Below, in pieces: positions 38,395-50,799 of a stretch of DNA of 64,000 nucleotides (the stretch's first letter is position 1; every line of letters starts with the position of its first letter). Source of the DNA: Carcharhinus longimanus (Eukaryota); contig JASCQW010000119.1 in assembly GCA_030264375.1 (NCBI GenBank), positions 7,864,026 to 7,928,025 of the forward strand, given 5' to 3'. Made by a program: the position numbers and the translations under genes. The notes beneath the pieces are model-generated. The model searched no databases. It saw nothing but the letters and a program-made list of their open reading frames with translations, and had not been told where the DNA came from.

Positions 38395-38659
38395 GTAAGC
38401 AATAAACACCGAAGTGTTAATACTCTTTGACAATGTACGAGGCTAAATGAATGGGCGTGCATTTTCTATGACAAGAATCCACAATTATTTTGAAAAATAA
38501 TGCTGCGCTTTGTAAAAATAATATCAAAACGCTGCATATTTGAGAAGAACATATGCAATATCAGGAATAAAAAAAAGAGTCCTGACCGGTTTCAACTCGC
38601 ATAACGAAGTATGGCAATACACTGGAAAGGTAAAACGAGAAGTCAGAAGTAGCCGAATG

Positions 38660-39260
38660 GAAAATCGAAACAAAAAGAGGCTGTTTGGGCCATGTCGGCA
38701 AATCCTTTGGATCATGGCTGATCACCAAATTCAATGTCCTGATCTGTCCTTCCCACGATAGCAATGAACTCCCTTCAGCCCGAATAGCTATGTCTAAATC
38801 ATTCGTGAAATCACACAATGTTTTCACCAAACTTATATGCTGCGACAGTGAATTCCACAGTTTCAACATGCCCTGGGCGAAAAATAAGCACTTTTCTCAT
38901 CTAATTCCTGAATGTTACCCCGAGACTCAAACGATCGGGATTATTTCCTCTGCGTATATTGCTAATAATACGTAAACTTCTATGAGATCTCTTTCATGCG
39001 TCTCAACTCCAGTCGACTTTTCTGTTTGTGTAACAGGCATGCTATCCCAGAAATCAGTCTGCTGAAGCTTCGCTGCCCTCCCTGTGTAACAAGTACCACC
39101 TTCCTCAGAGAAGGCAAACAAAATTGCGCTCATTTTTCAAAGTCTGGCCACATCAAGACCCTGTTAAATTTGAGTAAATCATTTTTTTAAAAAAAAATCA
39201 GTAAGTCATCCTTATTTCTAGTCTCAAATCGGCTTACTGTGAAGGCCAAGTCATTATATC
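38660..39260 (-). mobile_element. Degenerate CR1 LINE 3' fragment
   Basis: Minus-strand LWNSLSQ, RDLIEVY and CR1 3' UTR (gatcatggctgatc). Confidence 0.8.
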
Positions 39261-39610
39261 TTGAATTTTATTTTTCTATCTAAAATATGCCGTGTTTCCA
39301 TATTACTCAGGTTGTGAATCATCGGAAGAGTTCGATTGATGCAAATATGGAGCATGCTAAGTAATGGGGTGACGTTAATAATGTAATCACTAGAATGTCG
39401 AGCACTTATATCAGCTACGACCTTTTCCAATGTTAAAAAACCGGCTCAAGTGGAAATTTACTTGCCCATTTGGTGAAATAAATCCTCAGAGGCTGATGTG
39501 GTTCGATCAAATTATTCCTTTACTGACAATCACTATGTCATTCCGACCGTGCTTCACACAATCAATCAGAAAAAAAATGACATTCCCATTGTTAAAAAAA
39601 AGTATACAAG

Positions 39611-39813
39611 TTTTTTTTTACTTTTACCCACGCGGTTTTATGTATGGTAGGAACAACGTACGAAAACGTATAAAGAAAACAAAAAAGTTTTAAAATATAG
39701 TTAACAATCAAATTACCAAGTAAGTTTGCAAAAACAAACGGAGTTCGGCTGTAGTGCTCTTAATGTTAGCTTCTTAGCTTCTTAGACGCCAGATTCGGCA
39801 CGCGACTTTTAAT
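39611..39813. repeat. Diverged direct repeat copy 1 (LTR-like)
   Basis: Aligns to 43843-44042 (gttttatgtatg…aacaacgtacg…tatagttaac…taagtttgcaa…ttcttaga). Confidence 0.75.
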
Positions 39814-40399
39814 GATGATTTACTCAAACTTAACAGGCCCAACCATCTGATTGGGCAGAACATATTCTCCTAATCGAGGGGTTCATACTCCAAGAGGCCA
39901 ATCTCATGTGTTTCCTTGATGTCATTAAACGCCTTCCCCTCGGAACACACGGAAACTGTGTGGTTCTTGGATCTCAGTGATTTCTTGATACGGTTCCACT
40001 CTTGATCCAGGGTCTCCATCTCATGACCTGACGTGGAGGAGTGTAGCAGGAACTCTTCTCTAATAACTTGAACTTTGGTCTTCTTGTTGGCACCCTTCAT
40101 CAGATGGCTTCTGAATTGCCGTGGTTTCATCTGCAGTTTCTCTATCAGAATGTGGATTATTATTTACGAGCAATATTGAGGCAGGTCTAGCCAGTCCTGG
40201 AGGTCTCTTCTGGCAAATCGGCAGTCTGGACATATTGCCTTGAGGACAAACTGTGATTTTAGGGCCTGTACCTGGTCCAGATTTTAATTTTTGGCTGTGC
40301 TCACCCACGCTCATTCTGTCGGATCCAAGTCTTGTTCTCTCGTCAAATGTTCTGGATAGCCATTTAACTATTGCTCTTTAATATTAGTTTGCTTTTCTG

Positions 40400-42137
40400 T
40401 GTGTGGAAGTCTTCACAGTGGGGGACACAAATAGTATACCAACAATTGACGGTCATGGGGATGTAGGCGGCGAGGGCATTAAAACGATCACTATTACTAG
40501 AGAGGTAGCGCTGGGTAGGCTAACGGGACAAAAGGTAGACAAGTCCCCTCGTCCGGATGGAATGCATCACAGGGTTACTCAAAGAAACGACAGAAGTAGG
40601 AGCAAATGCGTTAGTTGTAATTTATCAAAATTCGCTTGATTCTGCGGAGATGCCAGCTGACTGTAAAGCAGTTAATGTAGCGTCACTTTTTTTGAATAAA
40701 TGGAGGTAGACAACAAGCAGGTAACTACAGGCCAGTCAGCTTAATATCCATAGTTGAGAAAATGCTGGAGTCTATCATGAAGGAAGAAATAGCAGGACAC
40801 CTGGAAAAGAATGGTCCAATCAAGCAGATGCAGCATGGATTCATGAAGGGGAAGACATGTTTGACGAATTTACTGGACTTTTATGAAGATATAACAAGTG
40901 TGGTTGACAGAGGGGCCCCCAAAGATGTGGTGTATTTAGATTTCCAGAAGACATTTGATAAGGTACCTCACAAAAGGTTGCTGCATAAGATAAAGGTGCA
41001 TGGAGTTGTGAGTAAAGTGTTAGCTTGGATTGAAGATTGGCTATCTAACAGAAAGCAGAGTGTCAGAATAAGTTGGTGCTTTTCTGGTTGGCAATCCGTG
41101 AGTAGTAGTGTGCCACAGGGGTCGGTACTGGGGTCTAAATTGTTTCCCATATACATTGGACGATCTGGAGGAGGGGACCGAGTGGAGGCTAACAAAGTTT
41201 GCTGATGTCGCAAAGATGAGTGGGAAAGCAAATTGCATGGAGGACACAGAACGTCTGCAGAGAGATTTCGATAGGCTAAGTCAGTGGGCAAGGAACTTTC
41301 AGATGCAGTGTAACGCTGGTAATTGCGAGGTTATCCACTTTGGAAGGAATAATAGTGAAATGGACTATTATTTAACCGGTGAAAAATTACAACATGCTAC
41401 TGTGCAAAGGGACCTGGGGTTCATTGTGCATGAATCACAAAAACTCACCTTGCAGATGCAGCAGGTGATCAAGAAGGCAAATGGAATGTTGCCCTTTATC
41501 GCGAGAGGAATAGAGTTTACAAGCAGGGATGTCTTGCTGTAATTGTACAAGGTACTGGTGAGGCTGCACCTAGCGTACTGTGTATAATTTTCGTTCCCTT
41601 ATTTAAGATAGGATATATTCGCTTTGGAGTGAGTACAGAGACGGTTCACCAGGTTGATTCTGGAGATAAGGGGGTTAGCTCGTGAGGAGAGATTGAGTAG
41701 ACTGGGTCTGTACTCAGTATAGAAAATGAGGGGCGATCTTATAGGGACCTATAAGATAACGAAGAGGTTAGACATGGTAGAAGCATGATGTTATTTCCAC
41801 TTAGAATGGAAACAAGAACTAGGGGGCACAGCATCAAAATACGCGGAAGTCAATATAGAAGAGAATTGAGGGGGAACTTCTTCTCCCAGTGGATAGTGAA
41901 TCTTTGGAATTTTCTGCCCATTGACGCAGTAGATGCTACCTCGTTCAATNNNNNNNNNNATTCACATATAGATAGATTTGTAACCAATAAGTGAATTAAA
42001 GGTTAAGTGAAGCAGGCGAGTAAGTGGATCTGAATCACTATCAGATCAGCCACGATCTTATTGAATGGCAGAGCAGACTCGAAGGGCGAGATGGCCTACT
42101 GCTGCTCCTATTTCTTCTGTTCTTGTGTCCTTATGTT
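40400..42137 (+). mobile_element. CR1 LINE (RT through 3' tail)
   Basis: QHGFMKGKTCLTNLLDFYE, DVVYLDFQKTFDKVPHKRLL, VPQGSVLG, KFAD and 3' tail. Confidence 0.95.
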
Positions 42138-43842
42138 TTCACAAGATTTTCCCTGGCGTTCTTAATAAAAACGTCCTGTAAGGCAGGCATTTCAAAAGTT
42201 GGTCTGTTATCAGCACTTGATACAACGGATGAGAGACGGAGTCACAGGTTGATGTGAACGGTGTATTGTACATCACCAGCCCAAGAACGGCCGCTACATT
42301 TGTATTGAGGCCAGAGGCGGGTGGAGATGAATTCCGCCCGCACTCACTCTTCAAAAGCAAGTAGACCGAATGTTCCACACTTTTCAACCAAATACTTCAT
42401 TTGAGTTACCAGAGAGATTGTGAACCTTATAAAATGTCATACTTTGCTCTCTGGATGATCGAGTAGGCTGACCAGAAACATAAACATAAACATCTGTATT
42501 GATAGAGGCGCTTTCGAGTATTGGATGCGGCAGATTTTTAAAATCCGCATTCAGCGCACGAGGAAACAAAACATGACTCAAGTCTAATTTTGAGGAAAAA
42601 AATATCACCTTTCCAACTTAGCAATAAACCCATGATCCGGTATTTGGGTACCTGTCGTGCTGTGAATAAGTGTTCATTTCTTGTTTAAACTGCGTTTTCG
42701 AGCATCTTTACAGGCACCATCCGGCTACACATTCTGCACAACAAACATGCTGCGCAATACATTATTTTCCTGTCTTCAAATTGTTGTTTCCAGTTATTCC
42801 CTTCCAACTAATGTTAACAGCTGGGCCTTGAAAAACCAATGAAATGCGTCCTGGATGGTAGAACCGTCAGAATTACCCAAGCACGCTTGTCCGGAAAAGG
42901 GAAAATCCCGCCCGAGTTCAACTGAACTTTTTTTTTTCTCTCTCTGGTCCGCTCCTCGCCCACGAAGATTTACTTGACAAGAGGAAGAGAGAAAGAAGCT
43001 TCGTAAAATAGTTTTGCCTCATTTCACTGTCCCATGCTTTGTTAATAAACTGTCGGTTATTTGGGCAAGATTTATTTGGGCATTTCAGCTACTTTTTTTC
43101 GCTAGTAGTTGTTTACATGAGAGAGGAATATTTCACTCAACCCATTTGGACGCTTTAGGCTCAGGCCCGAGCTCTTCACTAATATTGCCAACGAAACATG
43201 TCATTTGTAAGAGAGGGGAACTTTGGTTTTACCGACAACTCGAAAATTTGCCGCTGTACATGTTCTCAGTTTTGCTTGATTAGACTTAGTTTTGCTTGAT
43301 GACTTAGGTTTGGAATCCAGAACGATTGTTTTCGAGCACTGATTATCCGACCACTGATACGACTGCAACTCTATCCTTCTCCTTTAATGGGGCCATCCAT
43401 TTCACATTTCCATCATCTTAAATTGGTAAAATTTGGATACTGGTATGCTGCATATTTTTTCCCTGTCGAATGTAGGTAGGCTTTCGAATGTTTACACCCA
43501 ACTGGACATAGCTACTTGTCGTTTTGCCAAATCTAGGCATTAGAATCTTGCATTGTTCCAGTAGCTCTATATAACAGCAACAGGGACGCTGCCTTTCATG
43601 GCATGTTTCTGAAAGCATGTTGAAAGTCTTTTCAAAGTTCGGTGTTGCTTTGAGATGACCTGTGGGCAGACCTGGGTTTATTTCTACCTTTATCGTTCTC
43701 GACAAATGTTGTGTAATCACCGGCATTGAAGTCGTGGTGCCCAATCTCTGTTGAACTGGCAATGGCTTCAAGTTCTGTTCCACCTTTAAACACACGTGCT
43801 TCTTTCTGCCGCATTTTATGAAGATCAGCCCAGCTGTAATGA

Positions 43843-44500
43843 TTTTTTTTTCATCTACTACCCAGGCAGTTTTATGTATGAGAAGAACAACGTACGGACT
43901 CATAAGAAGTTAAATATATGTGTATAGTTAACCAGTAAATTGCCAACTAAGTTTGCAAGAATCAACCGGGATTCTGCGATAATGCCCTCAATGTGAGTTT
44001 CTTACCTTCTTAGACTGTAGGTCCGGTCCGTGACTTCCAATGCTTCGTCTTTGGATGGTGATTCTCGCTGGCCGTTTTCTCCTTGCTTCCTTTCTTCCTT
44101 TTCATCTCTGGTCATGTCTCGATCGTCTGGCGTCTCGAGGACTGGCCACCAAAATGTACGGAGTGCATATGTTATCCCTTTGTGGCCATACGATTATGAT
44201 TTTCACCTTTCCTTGGTGCTCTGCCCATTGGGTCTCAGGAGGCTGGGACTCAGTGCCCAATGTTCGACTTGACAACCTACTGAAAGGACAGGTGTGCCCT
44301 CCCCGAAAACTCTGGAGCCTTGTGTCACCAACGTGTTGTCAATAGTACCATGCGTATCAAATTGGAACGGTAATGATTTGCTTGATTATCAGGGACAGGG
44401 GAATTTACGTCGGTGCATATCAAATTGGAGCGATGGTCACTTAATGGGTTATCGGGGCTGATCCAAACATGTCTCAGCAGCCTCTGTGAGTTTTCTATAT
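43843..44500. repeat. Diverged direct repeat copy 2 / LTR-like segment
   Basis: The first 200 bp match 39611-39813. Contains an internal duplication (tatcaaattgga at ~44356 and ~44418). The right boundary is uncertain. Confidence 0.55.
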
Positions 44501-44934
44501 TGAACTTTGTCCAGCTTGGATTTAATGCGGGCTATGTGTTGCAATTGACTGTAACTTACTTTAGATTGCCAATACGTTAATTCCTAAGATACAATTTTAA
44601 TTTGGACTCAGTAATACGCTGTTGTCGAAAAGATAAACAATTTATCCCGAACATCAAATGGTCTCTTTGCATCTCATTCAGCGTTAAGCCACTGCTACAT
44701 GCCACTTCAAGTTTGCAAAAAAAAATTGCACTGAAAATCATTATATAGTCCTTGTATCGCGGATATCCGAGTGAAACTTTTACCTTCTCAGAGTGCGTTG
44801 TGTTTTGTGTCATTACAATCTTTCACTATGCCTGCCAATTCCTTGAGGAATTTCTTATCTGGGACCTCAAGGAAAATCTGTAGATAATGACAAATACCTC
44901 ACCACGGACAAATGTTGACTGGTAGACACACAAA

Positions 44935-46165
44935 TAGAGTCATGAAATCATCGATTTCGCAGCATGAAAACAGGACCTTCGGCCCAAATTGCCCGTAAAA
45001 TAAACTGAGCTAAAGACAGTTGTCCGCATTTCGTCAGTACGTTTCTCTTCCTATAATTCCCTTGTAACTGCCTAAATGTTTTTTTTTAAGAGAACATTGT
45101 ACCTTTCTTTCTTACAAACTCTCGCAGCTTGCTCCAGCCGCTTGCCGCTCTCTGTGCAAAAAACAACCCTCTGGACATTTTTGTATCTCTTCTCTCCCAC
45201 TTTAAAACTATGTCCACGATTTTGAGAACACCTATATTTTGGAAAAGATATTGACTATCTTGCCCCTGATTATTTTATAGACCAATTTCAGATCAATTCT
45301 ATGCTTCAGGGAAAAAAAAAATCCATATCTATCCATCCTCTTTTTATAACTGAAATCATCACTTTTCGGTAGCATCCTAATTAATACTTTCTGCATTCTT
45401 TCTACTTTAATTATATCTTTTGTATTATAGGGCGACCAGAACTGTACACGATATTCCAAGGGTAGCCATATCAATGTCATGTACAACATCAAGAAAATGT
45501 CCCATCTCCTGTATTCAATGTTCTGACTTATGGAACCAAGCATGTCTTATTTTGTTCAACATTGACTACATTTACAAGGAGCTATAAACCCTGTACCCTT
45601 TCATCTCTTTCCTGTATAACTCTCCCCAACGCCCTACCATTATCTGAGTAAGATCTGCCCTGGTTCAATATATAAAGTGCATCAGTTTGCATTTGTCTAA
45701 ATTAAATTCCATCTGTCATTCGTCAACCCACTGGCTCAATTGATCAAAATGCTGTTGCAATCCGACATGGCCTTCTTCACTGTCCACTATGCCACCAATC
45801 TTCGTATCATCTGCAAACTTACTAACCATACCTTCTATATTCTCATTCAAATCATTACTATAACTCGCAAAAAAAAACAGTGGTCCCAGCAATGACCCCT
45901 GAGGCACACCGCTGGTCACAGGCCCCTACGTTAAAAACAAACAAACAAACAAACCTCCACGACCACCCTCTAGCTTCTGTTATCAAGCAAATGTTGTATC
46001 CATTTTAGTTACCTCACCACGGTTCCCGTGAGGTTAAACAGTATGCCAGAAACTACCATGAAGTAATTTGTGAAAGGCTTTGATAAAGTCATGTACCCAG
46101 CATCAACAGTACTGTCCTCATCTACCTGCTTGGTACCCCTTCAAAAAGCTCAATCAAATGTGTAC
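44935..46165 (-). mobile_element. CR1 LINE fragment
   Basis: TSGVPQGSLLGPL, SKFADDTKIGG, PLEYRVQFWSPY and 3' tail at ~44940-44990. Confidence 0.92.
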
Positions 46166-46272
46166 TTTTGGTTACAAATATTGATATGTTGGCTACAGTT
46201 GCAAATAATGCCATGTCTACGAATCTGTTTTATTTTCAAACGTTTAATTAAATAATGACCGTTTATTTACAG

Positions 46273-46299
46273 AGGAGATATTACAAAGGAAGGAAAAAG
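46273..46299 (+). CDS. Putative 27-nt phase-1 microexon (EEILQRKEK)
   Basis: gtttatttacag|AGG…AAAG|gtaaat. Confidence 0.72.
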
Positions 46300-47989
46300 G
46301 TAAATATTGTCCATAACTATGCATTCGAATTGAACACAGTGTTTTCTGCAAATCTGAACTGGAAAATATGGCATTCAACCAATCGAAGAAGATTACCCGT
46401 TCCATTCAGTCATGAGTATCTGAGAACGAATATCTTGCCAGAATTCGATGATTATCTAGAATTGGCAGTGACAGTTCAGAACGTTGCCCATAAAAGGCAA
46501 CGACCTAAACATACATTCCATGATGAGAGGAATAAACACACATTTTAATGAAGTTCAACAGGAATCATTCTCTCCTTTTGTACTAGGTTAAATAAAAAGG
46601 GACGTGGTCGGATTTCTGATTGGCCAGTTCTAGACCTAGGTTAAAGCTCAACGTTCCCAACAAATGGTGGATTTTTTTTTTAGATAACTGATATTCGACG
46701 TCCAATGTTGACAGTAGAAGCATTGGTGTTTGTTTTAAACCAAAAAAAAAATCTTTCGCCCACTTTCATTGGGCAAAATAATCAGCTATGATGCATGAGG
46801 TTTCACACCGGAAGCCGAACAATTGTTACAATTCAGAGTTAAATCCCTTTGGCTTGTTTCGTAATCTGGTTTAATGTTTGGGAAGGTGTTCGTATCAACG
46901 TTTAGAGATTCATTATGACAACGGTCTGGCACTCATTTCAGTTGAATTAATATAAAGAGATTTATTTAATCAAACGGGAAGTTTAACTAAACAAATAGCC
47001 TAACAATTAAAGTTATGTTCAACTGGAATGCTGTTGAAAGAAATCCAGAAATAATTCACCAAGTAATAATACAAACTTCTATATATAACAGGTTATGTGT
47101 TTTTGAAAATTAAAACTTTGGAGTTCTATCGATGTCGCTGTCGGTAAAGTCCTTCTGATTTTGTACCTTTTTGGTCGATAGATGGAGAATTATCTTAAAG
47201 ATATTTCTAACTGATAGGGAACTGTTCTCGCACTCTGCGTGCTGAGAGATGACAACTTTTCAGTTCAACTTGATTGAAATGAACGGAAATTAAGGCTGGC
47301 AGTTGAGTTCCTATTTTTATACCCCGGATTAAATTTCGATTTTCTGTGCTAGGATTTAGATGAGGTCGTCAACGACAGTAACTTCAAAATCGATTTGTTC
47401 TTGACGGCTGCATTATTTGACTCCATGATTATTAGTTCACTTCTAGACTTTGGGGCATGAGCTCTTTTGTTCTAAATTTCAGGTTTAATAGCCCATGTCG
47501 TTACCACTTTTGTCTCCAAAGCAACACCGGATTTTGCAACATTTCCTCGCTGACATCGCCACTCACCTTCAACGTTGTGGCTTTCAGATCTTGTCTTAAT
47601 TGTCCAATTTAAATCTATACAAGGATAGTTTTTTATTTTGTTGTCCGCAAAGTTTCATGTGCTGCAGCTTGGCGAATGAGAATTCTATACCTGTCGGGCT
47701 CTGTTTCAGTTGTGCTCTCTTCTGTTCTCCAGTAAGGCGGCATTGATCCTTAACGCTTGATAACCGTGAAAATAACTGTCGAAATATATGGACAATGCAG
47801 ACTCGCGACCTCATGTTGCGCAAAGTGTTCCTGGGCATCCATTTTTCCACTGAATGTTGTTTTTGAGCTACTCAATTTACAAAGTAACACAGCGGAATTC
47901 CTCACGTGTTCTGTCTGGACAAATGACATCATAATCTTTTGCGGCTACTCCATGCTTTCATCTAAAGCGGGGGCAGCAAATTGCAACCA

Positions 47990-48800
47990 TCTATTCCTGT
48001 TGCATTTTGAACTTCCCTTCACTTCCTTGACGTCTTTGTCTATGTTTCTCCCAATGGATTGCCCACTAATATTATTGAAAATCCATTGAACGCCAAAGGT
48101 TCAAATAAGACCACTCTTCAGATCCCACGTCCTCAAATTTCTGCAGCCTATTCTCTAGGGTTAATTCACCTCCCTTCCACCTATTCGATAAAGCGACTTT
48201 CAAAAATGGCGATGCTTGTATCCCCTACATTTTTCTCAAATTTGGTTCCCATCCAGTATGGTTTACAGTGGACTTAAACGTCTCAAAAAAAAACACTGCT
48301 TATCCGTTACCAAATACTCCAAAATCTGGATAGGCTCACTCATGTACTCACTGTTCACACTGCCAGCGTTCCCTGAAATTTCCACCAACTTCAACACCAT
48401 GCCACAGCAAAACACATCCGTTATTTACTGCTTCTGTCAGCAATCCACACAGACCTTTGCTCAGAAATGCCCTGTTCCGCACAGCCACCATTCCCAGCAC
48501 CAATTACCCTGCCCACAGGACCTTCTCATGCAATTATAGATGGTGTTGCTGATTTCCATACGCCGTGCTCAACGGCTAAATACCCACACGCTCTTTCCAG
48601 TTGAATCAGCGCTTCCACAACTTTGTTAATTTTGCAACTTTCATTTGTTGCACCCAATGTGCTTTACTGTCGCTCACAGAGTCCCGAGCAGTGATGAAGG
48701 TTTTTTTTTTGTTTTGACCGTATTTCCAAACATTCTCCTGTCGCCTGCTGAGCCATCCAATTGTTTTTTTTTCCTGTGGTTGTTTCAGATTCAAACATCC
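47990..48800 (+). mobile_element. Degenerate Penelope-like element (RT C-terminus to GIY-YIG region)
   Basis: LHFLDVFV-like RT motif (~48020) and nucleotide resemblance to elasmobranch Penelope ORF ends (aatttccaccaacttcaacaccatgccac…cttctcatgcaat…ttgcacccaatg). Recognised from memory. Confidence 0.6.
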
Positions 48801-49378
48801 AGAGTAATTCGTGGTTTTTTTTAATCATCACAACGCTGCCTGCGTTCAGACATTGGCCTTTCATCACCATGATCACAGTGCATATTGACCATCCTGGATC
48901 ATGACCCTGATGTTTGGAATCAGTTCAGAAATGCATATCGTGCCCTACATTTCTGTAATCAATTTATTCTCAGCCTGAATGAGAGTCAAGCTTTGACACT
49001 TAGAACTCATTTCATGCCACTACAACATGTTCCAATGATTTCAAAGAAACATATAGTGAAAGAATAAATCACAGACTGATTGTTTTTTGATGGTGAAAAA
49101 CGTTTACGTCGTTGCACAAAATTGTCCAGAAATTCAGTTGCGTCATTGTTCTGCCATTAGTTGATATAAGCTCAAAATACAAATGTCGATTCAGCTTGAA
49201 GTAGAGATGGCGAAGCATGCAACAGACAACTCTTCTGTTCAACTCACCTGGCCCAATTCAGCAGACAGTACAACCTTAGACATTAAAGTCCCATTAATTA
49301 TTTGCCCCCAAAAAATGTTTTGAAATTTATTCGTATCAATTGACAATTGTAATCACATTTCATGCCTTACTTTTCAAG

Positions 49379-49414
49379 ATCTACGAGATTGCCTTTCGAA
49401 AATCAAGGAGCTTG
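49379..49414 (+). CDS. Putative 36-nt phase-1 microexon (DLRDCLSKIKEL)
   Basis: ccttacttttcaag|ATC…CTTG|gtgagg. Clear heptad peptide. Confidence 0.72.
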
Positions 49415-50799
49415 GTGAGGAAATCACATTGTTTTGATAAAATGCATCCGTAATGTTTACTTGTGTTTCAGCTATGCGACAATTTTGCATGTTCCTTTAA
49501 CAAATTGATAGAAGAAGATGCAAATCCGTTTACTTACGAATATTTAAAACGCATCATAAACTGACGAAAAAAGTTAATCATTTGGGACAGGATAGAAATA
49601 TTTTTAACAAATGTGATGGACACAACAGTGTAATTAGACGCCTCTGTCATTATTGTTGTGAAGCGCATTTTCAATCATAGATTGTAGTTCCATCTGCATC
49701 ACCTCATCTCTTCTGCCAGCGCACTCGACGGAAGCGGCAAGCAAAACATGAATGGAACAATAAACATCCCCAATTTCATGAAGAGTTGTTGCCCGAACAA
49801 GACAACTTATTGAAGCTGTTTTGAGGCAAATCAAAGCGATAATGAGTAAAGACAGAATGATCGTTCATTTTGTGGTTCCAATCAGTGCAAGGGTTTGTGT
49901 TTAATGCAACAGCGGGCCAAATTGTTGGGCCAGGTACATGGGTTGATGGGATGCAATTCTATTTGCAGATTGGTCATAATGATTTGTCTGCGATTTAGAA
50001 TTGCACATCTCCAAGCTAGACACCCAGGCCATGCAGACACAACGCTGCATTGCATGGCAAGGCCTTCAAGATAGAACAGGCTGCAAGATAAAACTTTGGA
50101 AAATTGCAGGGAACAAAATACCCGTCTCAGATGAGCTTAATGAATTCCGTGCCTACACTGAGGCTGCCTTGTTCGGGTGACCACTCTTCGTGAAATTGGG
50201 GGTGTTTATTGTTCCTTAATAGTTATCCGTAAAACAAAACAACAAAACAAAACACTGTTATAATCACCAGACACACGTTTTACCCCTTGAATGAACGGGG
50301 CAAGAGACCCGTTGCATTTGGTGGCCTGGCTTGGAATTTGCCATTGCAGGCAGGTGAGGAATGGAATGTCAGAAGAACAGCTTGTCAACGGATCCCAAAA
50401 TGTCTCTGCGACTTGCGCCATTGTGCTATTTTTCTTTTGCAGCTTCCCGTCCCGGAAATTTCAGTTTTAATACAGTTGCAACAAATCACCATGTGCTATT
50501 TAAGGATACCAGGCAAGTGCACTGCTTAGTTTGCTGATTATAGGTCTTCAGATCTTCATTGCGTTTAAACTGAGCATTGATCAAACAGTGTGGAAAGAAA
50601 TCGCACACTCTGAGAGGGGTGCAGCGACAATCGTGCTCTCTGTTGCCGTTGATGAACGTTGGCCACTGCGGGGCCAGCGAGGATTCCTGTTAAAGCAGCC
50701 AACAAGACAAAATGGTGGGAAACTTCAGAACCATCGGAGAGTTCCACGAGGAAACCGCCACGTGGTCGTTTTACAGAGATTTAACATTTTAATTATCTT

